The notes under the pieces were generated by a model. The model worked only from the letters and a program-made list of their open reading frames with translations, was not told the DNA's origin and made no database searches. The translations under genes and the position numbers were made by a program. Source: Nemertoderma westbladi (lineage: Eukaryota; Animalia; Xenacoelomorpha). Taken from it: DNA of 64,000 nt. Shown piece by piece: positions 1 through 12,707 of this stretch. Location of the stretch: NCBI GenBank assembly GCA_032718475.1, contig JAUCBJ010007163.1, positions 1 through 64,000 of the forward strand, written 5' to 3'. Position 1 is the first letter of the stretch, and each line of letters begins with the position of its first letter.

Positions 1-651
1 CCCCAAACATATCCTTATCAACTTCCGGACATATACGTTAAAGCCGATAGTTTATGTCGAAAAAAACAGTCTATACTGAACAAAGATATTATGGAATATT
101 TGTCGAATTTACCACGGGGTGATTTGGTTATATCGCAACTGGCGCAGTGGTTAAGCGATAGAATCTATAACTTATTAGACTCTGATACTGATACCCAGGT
201 TGAAATCACCGACAACAGTGATCGAGGAGAGAGTAAACTCTCCAAGATAGGTTTCCGTAGATTATGGTTGTATAGTCACCATATATACTCCAAAACTAAG
301 CGTAAGGATATGCTGGATTTGGCGAAGGACCTTGGCCTTACAGGATTCGTGATGCCTGGCAAACCCGGCGTGGTTTGTATTGAGGGAGTTGCCACGGCAA
401 CTGAAGAATTCTGGAAGATTGTTCGATGCTGGACGTGGAAAAAAATAGTTGTAAAACATCGGGAAGTGTATGATAGTGGAGACGGGGATTTATTTACTGG
501 GTTTGAAGAAGTTTCATTTCAACCACGCCATGGCGGTGGTAAGGAATATCATATGGATATGGGGTTGTTTTATAAATATCTCGCGGACCACCAATGTGGC
601 CATCTATTCCAACTATACTTTGGGGTGGAGGGAAAGTCTTCTACTAACTGA
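1..651 (+). CDS. RWDD2: RWD domain-containing protein 2 (RWDD2A/B-like), 3' part; reading frame is open from window start
   Basis: Frame 1 is open from base 1 (PQTYPYQLP, the RWD YPxxxP motif). It continues into RLWLYSHHIYSKTKRK...LGLTGFVMPGKPGVVCIEG and HMDMG...L..H...F..YFG, typical of the RWDD2 C-terminal (DUF1115) region. Confidence 0.9.
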   Translation, partial: PQTYPYQLPDIYVKADSLCRKKQSILNKDIMEYLSNLPRGDLVISQLAQWLSDRIYNLLDSDTDTQVEITDNSDRGESKLSKIGFRRLWLYSHHIYSKTKRKDMLDLAKDLGLTGFVMPGKPGVVCIEGVATATEEFWKIVRCWTWKKIVVKHREVYDSGDGDLFTGFEEVSFQPRHGGGKEYHMDMGLFYKYLADHQCGHLFQLYFGVEGKSSTN

Positions 652-810
652 TTGGTTTTGGTCTGCTGTCAATTTATTAACGGTTCGGTTATTTTATTTT
701 CAATGGAAGATTTACATATCATATCGAGAACCTATATTTTATATCTATAGAGAAACTATCTATATGAGTTTGCTTTACAATAAATACTTTTGAATTTATC
801 TTAAAAATAC

Positions 811-958
811 GAAACGACTGGGGTCCCTGCCGCGGCCCTTCCAGCCCCAGCTTGAATATGCCGGGTATTTACCTGGTTTACATACAATGAAATTGAACAC
901 TTAAACCGACATTAAACCCGGTCCCGGCCTCGACAAATATTTTAGACCCGGTCGTTTC
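811..958. repeat. Small MITE-like inverted-repeat element
   Basis: GAAACGACTGGGGTC at 811 and GACCCGGTCGTTTC ending at 958 are imperfect inverted repeats. No clear TSD. Confidence 0.4.
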
Positions 959-1822
959 TTAGATAAGAAACAAACTACAGATATGAGATTAAATTTAACT
1001 TAATTTAATTGCATATGTCAAGCTGAGAATAGTACACAGTAAAATACACGTTGTGGGGTCTTCGAGCAGCACGTGTTCAAATGTTCAATGACTGAGCAGC
1101 GACTAATTAACAAATTTATGAGAGATTCATAGACCAGTTACAGACAGATCAATATTGTGACATATATTTTTGTTTAATGTTTGATTCAATTAGAGGCACA
1201 AATTAAAAAGGCTACAAATATATAGGGTTGAATAATTAAATTAGTCACCCATTAGGCCTAAAAGGTAGCCAAATATAAGTTGCAATCTATATAAATTTTT
1301 AAATTCAGTAGTGTGCGTGTGTTGTGTATTGATTCCGTAGATTTCATGTTGAAATAGCGTTCATTAATTCAATTTCTATTTAATTATTCAGGCATACTAA
1401 TACACACGTTAAATTAGTTCGTGTGTGTTAAGTGTGTACGATTTGATTGTTTCGTCACGAAACCATTAGGGCACAGAAACTGACGGATTCTTCGCGAATT
1501 TCGCAAACTTCGGAAATTTGTTCTACAATTTTGACTCCTTAAGCAAAAGGGTCCCGAATGAGTTTTTTAACCTTTATTTTTTTGTGATTTTGAGTGCTTT
1601 TTTATATTAGTGAATATTCTAGAACCTTAGTAGATTTTTAATGGTATATAGCTAGTATTTTTTACTAGCTAGTAATTTTTGGAAATTATTTTGGTCATTA
1701 ATATATTCTTCAACAGTTTAACCTGAAATATCATCACATTTTTTATAATTTCAAAATATATTAGCTAGCAAAAAAACACTAGCTATCATAAAAAAACATA
1801 TCTACTAATGTTGTAGAACTTT

Positions 1823-4800
1823 TAGTCCGGCAGCCACGTACCTCTTTTTGGCCTAACCGAAAATTTTTGGACGGATTACATTTTTTGGATGTTTTGGTGT
1901 CTAGGGGTCCCTCTTAACATAAAAAAGTGATTTATGGACTTTGACACCTTGGGCAATTTTTATTAATGACCCGTTTCTATGGACTACAGAAATTTCTATG
2001 AAAGCTTAGCGATCAGAATGGCGATTAACTGTTAGGCTTGAACTGGTTGTAATTTTGATCGAAAATATGAAAATTTTAGAGAAACTATTGAAGTGTTGCT
2101 ATGGTAACGAAGGCACTACAACTATCGCTGTATCTTTCCAAATGAAAACTACCGGTACTATGCTTAATGATATATTTGTTTTTTGGTTCGTCTGTCCACT
2201 TTGTTAATAATGTTTATCCCTAAATATTATGCACCACATCAATTTTGTGTAGAAGTATGGTTGGCAACAAATACCCGTATTCATGGAAACTACATGAATT
2301 TATTGCGGACATCACATCTGAAGCATTTAAAACCTTGACAGAAAATTATTACCTTAAAATGTATATATAAATCATTTGTCTCCAGCTTGTTTATTTAAGC
2401 ATGACACTTTTTTAATGCTAAAATTTAGTTAATGCATGGCGAATATGGAGACTATGCATTTTATATTATTCATTGTTTGATTATAATATAATATTAGATT
2501 ACGAAATGTTTGCGCATGAATCTTTATTGCAATTGCAGAATTCTGAGCAATCAGTTTGGTTTTTTCTGCAGGTGCACTTCTGCGATTTACAAGGGATTTT
2601 GGAAGAACAGCTACACCGAATTAATTGCAAAATGCATTCCGGAGCTGGTGGTATGCCCTCAGGTATTGCAATCGGGGAAAGTTGATTGTTGGCTATTCTC
2701 CACCCATATTCTCTGGGGTCTACACTAGGTGGTCTAATTTCCATTGTGTTCTTCCACACCATTACTTGCAAATGGGCTCTTTTCACGTTCTCTGTGAAGG
2801 ATTCAGTCGTCGGTGGTATTGTTTGCAGCTTTGCACAGCTGGTGATTGTTTTTTCTGTCCACATCTTTTGTCTTAACTGGCTCATGTTGTCTGAGGCATA
2901 TCTATAGCAGTCAGAAATAAAGTTGGTACATTCCTTTAAGACTGTAGATTGCGGTGCTTCCATTTCTCCCAAACAAGACTGTAGATTGCGGTGCTTCCAT
3001 TTCTCCCAAACAAGAAAGAGTGAGTCCTTTCTCCAAAGCCTTGATGACTTTAGCTTTGCCAATCCCAAACATACTCGCAACCGTGTCACACCCAGATGAA
3101 GCATGGCCTCCCAAAAGATTTCCTATGATACCACGATGCATTTTTACTGTTTCTCCCACGTCTATCACTGCGGTACGGTTTTTTATCGGGGATTTTATGA
3201 AAATTGAATTGGTTATACTTTCCCTCAAATAAAAATGTAATAATAGAACAAATACATCGGTATCGTCTGAGATAATGGCTATGCCTGCAGATGTTTTTTT
3301 GCACAAAGAAATTGCCTGATGGACCAATATAACATCTGCCCCTTCATGATATATCTCAATGTCTTTCCGCTCACTATGGACGCCAATGGAACTTATTTCG
3401 AATGGTACAGAATTTTGCCCGGTAACAACAAGAATGTTAGAGGAGTTTTCACTATGCAACTTTAAATTCGTCTTTAGTGCTTGACATATCATTTGTATGA
3501 TTTGTTTCTTGTTAAAGGTTACAGTTAGAAGAACGTCCTTCGATGGGAGCTTCAGATTTCCTTGAAGGTTATATTTTCTACTTCCTGTGCTAACTCGCTT
3601 GCTTCTAGTAGCTGCCTTTGCACTTAAGTCATAGTATCTGTAAAACATATTTGAATTGAGGGATATGATATTCATTACTGTTAAAAAGTCAGTTTTATTC
3701 GTTGTAAAAGATCACATATCATTGTGTTAAAATTTCAGAATAGTAGCTATATAAATAAAAAAGTAGATTTGTGTAATGGTCCCCTGAATATTGTTATAGA
3801 TTAATATTGTGTTCTATTGTACTTTTTTTATAATAAAAACTTTGATCACTTACTTACCTGTCAAAAACTAAGTACACATTACTTTTCTTCAGCATATTTC
3901 CCACATACTTCAAAAAAGATGCAATAAAATCACCTACAGTCCCGTTTGTTGGCCAGGGTACCACCCACAGAACTGCTGACGCATCAACTACTTGGTAAGA
4001 AATATCCACTGTAATTTCAGGTATCTCAACTTTCAATCGGTTCTTTAAGTCACATTTAGAAGCAGCTGGACGCATATCTCCATTTTCCAGAAACATTGAG
4101 AGTGGCACTGAAGACAGTTCATAAGAGAGTAGTGTTTCTCGTTTAATTGATATCCTGCTACTCTCTTGTAATGCAATATACCGCGAGTAGATCAACTCTG
4201 TATTAAATAGTTTTTTATCGCCCAATTTAATATGATGTTTACTTTCCTCCATTGTAGTCACCTGGAGTTATAAATAAATGTTTTTATTATGTATTCTTTG
4301 GCACTAAATGGAATATGGGTTTAGTTATGGATATTTAGATGAATAAATGTTAAAGAGCAGAAATCAACTCTCCCGCTACAGATAGGTGATGTTAGGGGGG
4401 AGGGGTTGTACTCTTTACGCAGACAAAATTTAAACCTCGGAAGAAAATCTTCACAATCACAATTAATGGTAAAAAAGAAGCATCAGGTTCAGGCATGAAC
4501 ATGCAACCTGTGACTCTCCCTTATTTGTTTCGGTAGACTAGCGTACCTTTGTTTCCTGTTCCTTTCCCTTACTGTAATTGCTTTTTGTCCTTGTTCTTCT
4601 TTTACCATTATAATTACAACTATCTGCGTCTCCGCTACCATTATATTTACTACAACAATCAAAGTCTGCCGTCCTTTTCATATTTCTGAACGAGCAGCCA
4701 AAAATGGCCTCAATTGCTCAATTGTCACGTTTTTCTCATCAGGTGCAACAAATTTGCTATCTAGTGTGCTACTGTGCCATGGGTGGCCATATATTACCAC

Positions 4801-6413
4801 ATTTTAACATGGTATAGCCTATCGTCTCTTAATTATACTTGATATACACACTTTAGTACTACTGTAGTATGTGTACACATAAACGAGTTTTTGCTTCTAT
4901 AGCTAGTTTTTGGTACTTTTTATTTTAGAAATATGCGCTTTTAGCTATTGTTATGTAAAAAAATGATGTTCTAGAACACATATTTTTTGTTTTAGAACAT
5001 GTTGTTTAAATTGACTAATTTTATTAGAAATTATTTGTTATGTGTATTACATTGTTTAATTACCTATAAACATTAAACGCTACCGATTTCAATGCATGCT
5101 AGCGATTTTGAAAGTTCGCTATTATTTTTTGAAAAAGCAACTTTAAGAACTAGCTACTACAAAACAAAATAACGTTTATGGGTACACATACTATCTACAT
5201 ATTTTTTACTAGCTATTTTTAAGCAGTTTTTTAGCATATGACAATGTTCTAGAACATGTCCCGCGGCAAAAAAATATATAAATTTTTTTATGGTATCTAG
5301 TATATTTTTTGTCTAGCTAGTGTTTTAAAAAAAATTTACTACCTATTTTTAAGCGCAGTTTTATTTTTTTTCAAAAAATAAAAGATGCAGTATGACATTC
5401 TAGAATATTTTGTTAATTGCAAAGTAAAAAACTGTCACTAAACAATAACACGAATTGAAAAGAGTAAATGAAAAGATGGAAGAAATCCATTCATGGAGAT
5501 AATAAAGAAATAACAGCAACCTACCCTGTTGATTAAATCATACTGTTTAAATATTTATATGGTTAAATATAAATATCTTGAAACATGGTAACAATGGTTT
5601 ATGTTATAAAAATGTAGTGTTATACGGAACTGTGACTCAAAGTATGTAGTACCCAACTCAAAATTTGGTATATATAAATATTATTATATCGTACTTTTGA
5701 AATATGGAACACTGGAACATACAGTAAAATCCACTCTAATCTACTTTGCTAAGGTACTTCTGCACTTTATTATCTGTACTATCCCTTACGGTATCGATTT
5801 ATGAGACGGGTACAATAAAAAGAGATGCACAGTACAGTAGAAAGGAGCTAAACTGGAAATAACAAATATAGTTACCGTAGAAACATCAGCTGAATATTAT
5901 AATCGCTGAAATTTGTAATCTTTAATAATTATGTTAACACTCAAACATGTCAGGTTAGGAAATATATATCAGTCCAATTTAGATTCTTAACCTTGTCTAA
6001 AGTTACAGAAAGGCCACGCTAATAAAATAAACCTAATTTATCTAACTTTCCTGCATATTCTTGTAACTAATGGTATAATTAAAGGCGATTGAAATCGCAA
6101 CACTAAACTTTAATGCCGTCTCCATAGCAACAGGATCTAAAAATCAGACTAAAAAAGATTGTCATTATTTCGTAGATTAACTAAATTGACTTTGTAGCAG
6201 ATTTTAATCCATTATGACGTGCTGTTTTGCAGTTGCTATGCTTTAAATGAGAATTACGTGGTCCTTAGCAACTAGGTCGTTATTTCAAAATGCCCAAAGT
6301 CAAAAATGTTATAATCGCCATTTCCTCATTAAGTGGGACCTATAGAACTCAAAACATCAAAAAAATTGAATCCGTCCAAAAAATTTCGGTATACCTTTGT
6401 GGCTGCCGGACTA
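1823..6413 (-). mobile_element. Academ (AcademX-type) DNA transposon, internally deleted
   Basis: TIRs begin TAGTCCGGCAGCCAC at both ends, with imperfect similarity extending >150 bp. 3-bp TSD TTT (1820-1822, 6414-6416). Encodes an XPG-like nuclease and a Cys-rich tail, as established for Academ. Confidence 0.88.
2499..4261 (-). pseudogene. Academ transposase C-terminal part (XPG/FEN1-like nuclease + CXC/Cys8 zinc finger), spliced and frameshifted
   Basis: Motifs VVDASAVLW..W, LVFDRY, HEGADVIL, SDDTDVFVLLL, SGCDTVASMFGIGK, RAHLQ..VW, YGW and CSC...C...KCTC......CSEFCNC. A GT-AG intron at 3857-3638 joins VFDR|YY. An acceptor lies at 4263-4262. A 37-bp tandem duplication at 2939-3015 shifts the frame. 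Confidence 0.85.
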
Positions 6414-6751
6414 TTTCACCAATACCAAAAAAATTAAAAAACTCTAAAAAAGGATTGGTGAAAATGGCTGGGGTGTCGACAGGGCGAAGTAGGGACCGTG
6501 TTGCTTAACCCCATAGAGCCTAATGACGTCCACTGCACGTCACAATGGACAGCACGAAGACGTGCAGTGGACGTCATGCTGGAATACATGTTTTATTGGA
6601 AGGCTCTTGGAGTAGGTATACTGGTGGATAGTATTAATGACATTTATTGCTCTTCATGGCAAAAAATCCATTCTGTACTGTAGATAGGCTGTATTGTAGA
6701 CTGTATTATTAGTGTTAGGTATATGGCGTAATGTCAACCACAGTACAGTAG

Positions 6752-7292
6752 TTCAGACTGACAGAGAGACCGACAGACAGGCAGACTCGATTTATGTAAA
6801 CGTGTAAACTGACATCAGAAATAAAATCAGCAACCCTTAAAACCCCCATAGCGAGAATGTTGGTTAGTTAGTATAATTTCTTAAGTTTTCACAGACTGAC
6901 TGACAGAAAGACCGACAGCCAGGCAGACTAGATTTTTTTAAACGTGAAACTGACATCTGAAATAAAATCAGCACCCATTAAAACCCCCATAACGAGAATG
7001 TTAGTTAGTTTGTATTATTTTTTAAGTTTTGACAGACTGACTGACTGACAGAAAGACCGACAAACAGACAGACTAGATTTATGTAAACCTGAAAACTGAC
7101 ATCAGAAATGAAATCAGCACCTCTTAAAACCCCCATAGCGAGAATGTTAGTTAATTTGAATTCTCTTTTATGTTTTGACAGACTGACTGGCAGAATGACC
7201 GACAGACAGACAGACTAGATTTATGTAAACGTGAAAACTGACATCAGAAATGTAATCAACACTCTTTAAAACCCCCATAGCGAGAATGTTAG
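6752..7292. repeat. Tandem repeat, ~140-145 bp unit, about 4 copies
   Basis: The unit CAGACTGAC...GACCGACAG...AAACTGACATCAGAAAT...AAAACCCCCATAGCGAGAATGTT recurs near 6753, 6892, 7033 and 7178. Confidence 0.9.
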
Positions 7293-7947
7293 CGACAAGT
7301 TTTAATGATTAACCATATTTCGTAAGATATATTTTAAAACAATTATTTATTAATAATGCAATAACTGAATAACCAGATAACGGAAAGACAAACCGAATTG
7401 AAACTTTTAATTACTAATAATAATTGTGGTGAGAGGTGATGGAAATCAAGAATATATGTTATGTTATGGAGCACGCGTTGGTAGGCACAGGAAAATGAAT
7501 TGATGTCTGTTGAGATGTATTGAAGGAGCACTATTCCTTCTACTGGTCTACTATGTCCTTGTGTACTAGCCTAGGCACTGGCTTGGTCAATTACTTTAGC
7601 TTGCAATGTTAGTAATGTACAACTTCACGAAATATTATTGGGCACGGCTGCCCTTGCCATGCCTTAGGCTCTATGGGGGAGAATGGAATCAGCGTATGAA
7701 TTTACAATGTTAATTATGTTTAAATCAATGAAAAATACATTTATTAACGCAAATCACTTGAAAAAATAAAAAACTATAATGGAATGGGGTACATGGATTC
7801 CAGATATCTAATTTCTGTGCAAAATAACTTTAATCGTATGGTGCTAAATAATTAATTTCCATGGAGAGACCGTTCAAAATGACTCAACCATACAATTTAG
7901 CTGAAGATATTAACTTCGATTATGGCTTCCGACATTTATGGCTTCCG

Positions 7948-7990
7948 ACACACGTACACACACACACCCCCACACACACACACACACACA
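7948..7990. repeat. (CA)n microsatellite, imperfect
   Basis: Interrupted CA run. Confidence 0.8.
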
Positions 7991-8478
7991 GACTTTTGAA
8001 AAACGGCCAGAGTATAATTATATCAGTTCGCTGATGGCTCGCCATACGTGTCTCGCCCCACATACTTACAGAAAGGGAACAAAAATAAATAGTGCGCACA
8101 GTACGTACATATAAAGAACCAGAAGTCCTATATGCTACCGGTATGAAACAAAAGAAAACTCTCCGACCCCAACCCCCCATTGGCTGAAATATGGGCTAGA
8201 TTTGAGTTACCTATGTGAGAACTCAATGTGTTAATTTTGCCTATATATACAATCACAATACTACACGCACATATGTGAAGGATTTATTAACTTTTAAATA
8301 AATATGAAACTATTAGAATGAATGAGATTTGTCAAACTTAATGTTTGAGATCACATCACAATGAATAGCCTGTGTTGATTAGGTAATTAATTTAAATATT
8401 TATATATTTATAATTACACTAGCCACAAATTAGGAAATAACTAATACAAAGTAAAGTAAAAATAATTCGAAATTACCG

Positions 8479-9288
8479 TTAACTCGCTTTAATTTCTCTA
8501 TCTGATTCTAATTGTGTTTCTTTATCTTCTTCTGCTTGTCGGTCTAACAGTAAGTTCTGCGCCCTACTAGCGTTGATACGCAACTGAGTGAGTTGTACTG
8601 CTGTTTCAGATAACAGCATCCTGGGTTCATCCAACACAGTCCGGTATTCTACGGCGAGGTACGGCAAGCAATCCAAGAGTTTATCGTTAAGTTTCTCTAG
8701 AACGCTCTGTTTCACCAACGGGAGGTGTTCGAGATACAATATCTCAAGGCGATGAAGTTTATGCAACGAAGTGAGACTTCCAACATCCAACTGTTTGCAT
8801 TCGCTCAAATCCAAAACGGTCAAAGAATTCCTGAGGCAAACAAGACGATCCACGCAGAATGAATCGATTAAACGGCAGCCTCTGAAACTCAGATACTGCA
8901 GCATCGGCATGTGGGATAGAAAGCGAAGGTCCCGGTATGAAATGTCCTTCCCGGACAAATCAATCCCCTCTAGGAATATCCTCCGCCTGTCCTCTGGACG
9001 ATTGACTCTAGCTTTTAGGTGGTTTGCTAGTCGCCATGGGCCGACGGGCCCCTGGAACCAGGTGTCGTTACCTACGAACTTTACTCGGCCCCCGAGTTTG
9101 AGGTAAACTGAAGCCGCGTAGATTTGGAAGCCAAACACACGGATTCCTTCCACGTCCCGTTGTTTGGCGTGGAACAGCGTTCGTTCCAATAGTAAGTCGC
9201 TTAGGATGACGTAGCGTCTAACTGTGAACTGTTCGGATATGATCGGAAACTTTGTTGATTTACGCAAAAGGCGATTCATTATGATCAC
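8479..9288 (-). CDS. DMAC2: Distal membrane-arm assembly complex protein 2 / ATP synthase subunit s-like (LRR), single exon
   Basis: Arg-rich presequence-like N-terminus. AASVYLKLGGRVKF, IDLSGKDISY..L..L..MPMLQYLSFRGCRLIDSFCVDRL..LRNSLTVLDLSEC..L...LTSLHKL match the DMAC2/ATP5S LRR pattern. The ATP5S paralog is not fully excluded. Confidence 0.78.
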   Translation of the reverse strand: MIIMNRLLRKSTKFPIISEQFTVRRYVILSDLLLERTLFHAKQRDVEGIRVFGFQIYAASVYLKLGGRVKFVGNDTWFQGPVGPWRLANHLKARVNRPEDRRRIFLEGIDLSGKDISYRDLRFLSHMPMLQYLSFRGCRLIDSFCVDRLVCLRNSLTVLDLSECKQLDVGSLTSLHKLHRLEILYLEHLPLVKQSVLEKLNDKLLDCLPYLAVEYRTVLDEPRMLLSETAVQLTQLRINASRAQNLLLDRQAEEDKETQLESDREIKAS

Positions 9289-9454
9289 GAAATCAGCTGA
9301 TATTTATTGATCAAGTAAATACTGAATTATACGTACTTGTCATATCTGGTTGCAGGAGGGGACAGCGCAGAGGGCAATGATGATGTCCGCTGGATTCTCT
9401 AGGCCTAGGCCTTTCGATATCCAACTCCAAATCAGCTAAGTACAGAAGTACAGA

Positions 9455-9495
9455 GGTACGGTACCGGTACCGGTACCGGTACCGGTACCGGTACC
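9455..9495. repeat. (GGTACC)n palindromic microsatellite
   Basis: About 6 tandem GGTACC units upstream of DMAC2. Confidence 0.9.
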
Positions 9496-9664
9496 ATCTG
9501 ACCATATTTCCAATGGCAGTGCTTTTTTATGTCCTTTTATTTGACTTTTTTTGTCCTCCTTTTTTTACGAATTGTGTATAATGACTTTTGTTGTCCCTTT
9601 ATTAATGACTTTTGTTGTCCTTTTAATGACTTTTTATGTATGTATTTCGGGTAAATCTTTTCGA

Positions 9665-9876
9665 CCTACGCGTAGGCCTACGCGTAGCTACGCGTATCTA
9701 CGCGTAGTTTGTAACTTCCATTCCTGTCATTTACCGGTAGGGCCAGACTTACTGCCTTTTTAACAACTACGCGTAGGTGTTTTAAAACTACGCGTAGTTA
9801 TTTTGGAACTACGCGTAGGTATTTTGAAACTACGCGTAGGTGCTACGCGTAGCTACGCGTAGGTTCTACGCGTAGC
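9665..9876. repeat. Cluster of CTACGCGTAG palindromes (~11 copies), probably a subterminal array of a DNA-transposon remnant
   Basis: TACGCGTA recurs at 10-21 bp spacing in two groups. Confidence 0.7.
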
Positions 9877-9929
9877 AGTCCTGATAACAATGATTTTTCA
9901 TTTCAGGTCCGGTAGGGTTGAGTTGTTAG

Positions 9930-11179
9930 TGTTCGCGCTTTCGAAGACCTTTAGCAGTTTAACCTGCCAAAATTTATATGTCTTTTCGTTAATTAAAACC
10001 ACTTTAGCATACGACAATAATTTATGCTAATACGCAAAACATTAGCCGAAGTCAGCCCATGCGCGATCATTCACCCGATGGATCTACACCCGGGAGACTG
10101 AATTCGGATGCTTGAATTGTATTATTACAGTGTAAGGTTGCAGTGTATACCTAATGTATTATTCGATAGATCGTTAATAATTAATCTCTGACAGATATTA
10201 TTGGCTTTCGGGAAATATTAACAGTTCCTTTAGGACGTGGCGCTTTATCTATTTAAACAGAACTAAGACTTATACTAAACGCAACGATACTGCTTATGAT
10301 TAAAGTATAAAACGTATTCTTTAGGAAATACTTTGTTACCAATCACAATCATACACACTATTCTGCCGACAGTCAGTACATTTGATCACACATAAAGAGA
10401 GCAGTAATTGACTCACGTAGGGTCTGCTAAATAACATTGGATTCAATACACACCACATTAATATAAATCGCAATTGTTATGTATAGCCGGTCTCTCTAAC
10501 CTGTAGTGTTATCAAGAAAATTGGGAATTGGGTGATTTATCCGTATTATCCAAATAGCAATATTTCCATCAACAAATATTTACAATTAATAACTGACGGT
10601 AAAATAACAGTACAAACAATATGATTAATGAGTTAGATTAAGTGAGTTAATGAGTATGATTATCAAGTTAAATTAGTTCGGTAACAGTTTATACTTTCGA
10701 TAATTCAAGCAGTTTACGGTACAGCAGTATCTATCCAAAAATGCCGGTGTTTCTGGCTTAGACAGCAATAACAACAAAGTATCAAGTAAAAACAGTAAGA
10801 CTGAACACTCTCCTTATGATCGGCAGGAAAGCTACACGTCGACAGGAAAAACCGCCCTGATTGGCCCAAGCCAAACAAAGAACCACGCGTCCAATGGCTG
10901 TTTCCATGTCAGCAACCAGCTGCTAGATGTCGTAATATGAATCATCACGGCTAAGCTGTGAAAGGTGGTTGGTGCATTACAAGTTTTTTGTCTTACCATG
11001 TCCGCTAAAACACGTATATAGCAGAATGATTTTTATGTCCGTTAAAACACCTGTAAAGGTACCTTGCGGGCGAGGGGAATATATATACAGTTAGAAAACC
11101 TTTTTAGAGTATTCCAGCGCCTGGGGGAGAACTGGCCAGCAAAGGCAAACGTATCAGTTATCCCACAAAAGCTTTTACA
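9930..11179 (-). repeat. 3' LTR of copy A
   Basis: Sense TGTAAAAGCTTTTG...AAAGCGCGAACA. Direct repeat of 22555-23813. Confidence 0.93.
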
Positions 11180-11257
11180 CCGCTCCCAGAAAATGGGATT
11201 TAAGTCTATAAAATATACCAAATCACAGTTTCTAAAATATAAAAATACTCTAAACAG

Positions 11258-12707
11258 TTAGTCTTTCTTGCGCGGACGGCGTTTACGCAGCTTTTTAAAG
11301 CTAGCAAGAGTCCTTTTCTCTTTGGGGCGAGCCACTTTACGAGGAGGGCTATAACTCCTGGGTGAAGGGTGCAATATGATTGCATCAGAAGGTATGGGAT
11401 TGCGATCGGTATATCCGCCGGTCGAAGTACTGGGTTGATTGACATCAACGTCCGGGGAGAGGGGTCTAACGGCTTTGAGAGCTCGTTTCAAGACAGCCGC
11501 TCTTACGGGTCCTTTACGAGTGGTCTGAACGAGGGCCGTGGGTGGACCATAGGCAGTTAGAAACTTCCTTGGTTTAATGGTTCTTTCCAACTCGCGTTCG
11601 CGGGCTCGATACTCGTAAGGCCGTCGATATACTTCTTGTAACTCAGGGTGTGAGTTGACGAATAAGTCTCCATAGGCAGGGTCTTGACGGATAAAGTTTA
11701 TTAAGTTGTAAGACTGGATGTCACTCGGATTAATGCTTCTGAGAAATTTACGTACATATTTGGTTGAAATACATTCTCCAACGCGCTTCAATAGTTCATA
11801 ACTTGATAGGCGCGATTTCTGTTCGACGGAGGCAAACAAATATGGATGGAACGCATAAACTCCTTCGTAGGCGCGTCCGGGATAATAGCGATGGCGTGAG
11901 TCACAATGTAAATCAGCGTTCGCTTCCCAAGCTCTGATATAACGTAGTGTGATCATTTCATCTACGCTTTCCAAATCGCGATTAAAAAGGGCAATCGAAA
12001 CTGGCGTGTCCCTTTAGTTGACAGTGGTGACATTGAGTCATAAATTGAGGGCAAACCGCAAAAATATGCAAATTATTAAATCTGCAATACGCGCAATAAA
12101 TTTCCATCGCCGGTTGTTCGTGGAAATAGGAACAGCGGACGTTTGTGTCCATGGGCGTAACATGGTCTCTCGATGCGCATAACCGACAACGTTGCCGAGA
12201 AACATAGTTGGCATGGCGATAATCGTACGCAGTGAGACACTGTGGACCTTGATACCATTCTAGGATGTAATCGTTGTCGTTGTTCCGAGCGCGATAGGCT
12301 GAATCTCTTCAGATTCCAGACATATTGGTTCGTCTTCCCAGTCTGTTACGAATAGAATTTTCGTGATCTATTCTCGGTTTATCGTTACGACTCCGCTGGG
12401 TATGATATTTAAATAGAACCATTTCCCTTTCGGTGTATACATCGTCCGTATCATGTAAATCGGTAGGATGGCCGGTAGTTAAGAAGTCCATATACGTACC
12501 ATTACGATTCGTATAGCGAGCGGTGAATTTTCTATAGTCCAATTCACGCGTAAGTTGTTCCTGGGACATCGGCGGTTCGATATAACGACCATCGTCCTCC
12601 GTAATAGTCGGATCGGCTTCACCGCGTATCAAGCTATCCACAAACGCTTGTAAAGGTAGAGTATATCGCTCCCTGATACCAAGGTCATCTTCTATCAATT
12701 CCGTCAT
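11258..12707 (-). pseudogene. Accessory ORF of copy A (N-terminus + three CCHC zinc fingers + basic C-terminal domain; central exonuclease part deleted; frameshifted)
   Basis: Manual translation of 12280-11980 gives LEWYQGPQCL...CRLCASRDH...C...CAYCRFNNLHIFAVCP...CHHCQLKGHASFDCP. A 1-nt shift in a T run then joins ORF 11258-11974. Homologous to 33990-34450 and 37765-38160. Confidence 0.75.

Larger units (their letters stand above)
1543..6504. mobile_element. Non-autonomous foldback DNA transposon (MITE, ~370 bp of own sequence) with TTAA target duplication, split by the Academ insertion
   Basis: TTAA at 1539-1542 and 6505-6508. Termini GCAAAAGGGTCCC and revcomp GCAACACGGTCCC match 11/13. Removing 1823-6416 restores an internal inverted repeat (TAGTGAATATTCTAGAACCTTAGTAGAT vs ATCTACTAATGTTGTAGAACTTTTCACCA). 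Confidence 0.65.

Noticed and set aside
6752-7292. Possible CRISPR-like array
   Set aside because: Whole units repeat with no unique spacers; eukaryotic context, no cas genes.
11258-12707. Accessory ORF as an env gene
   Set aside because: No signal peptide, transmembrane anchor or fusion-protein Cys pattern; it has zinc knuckles and a basic tail instead.
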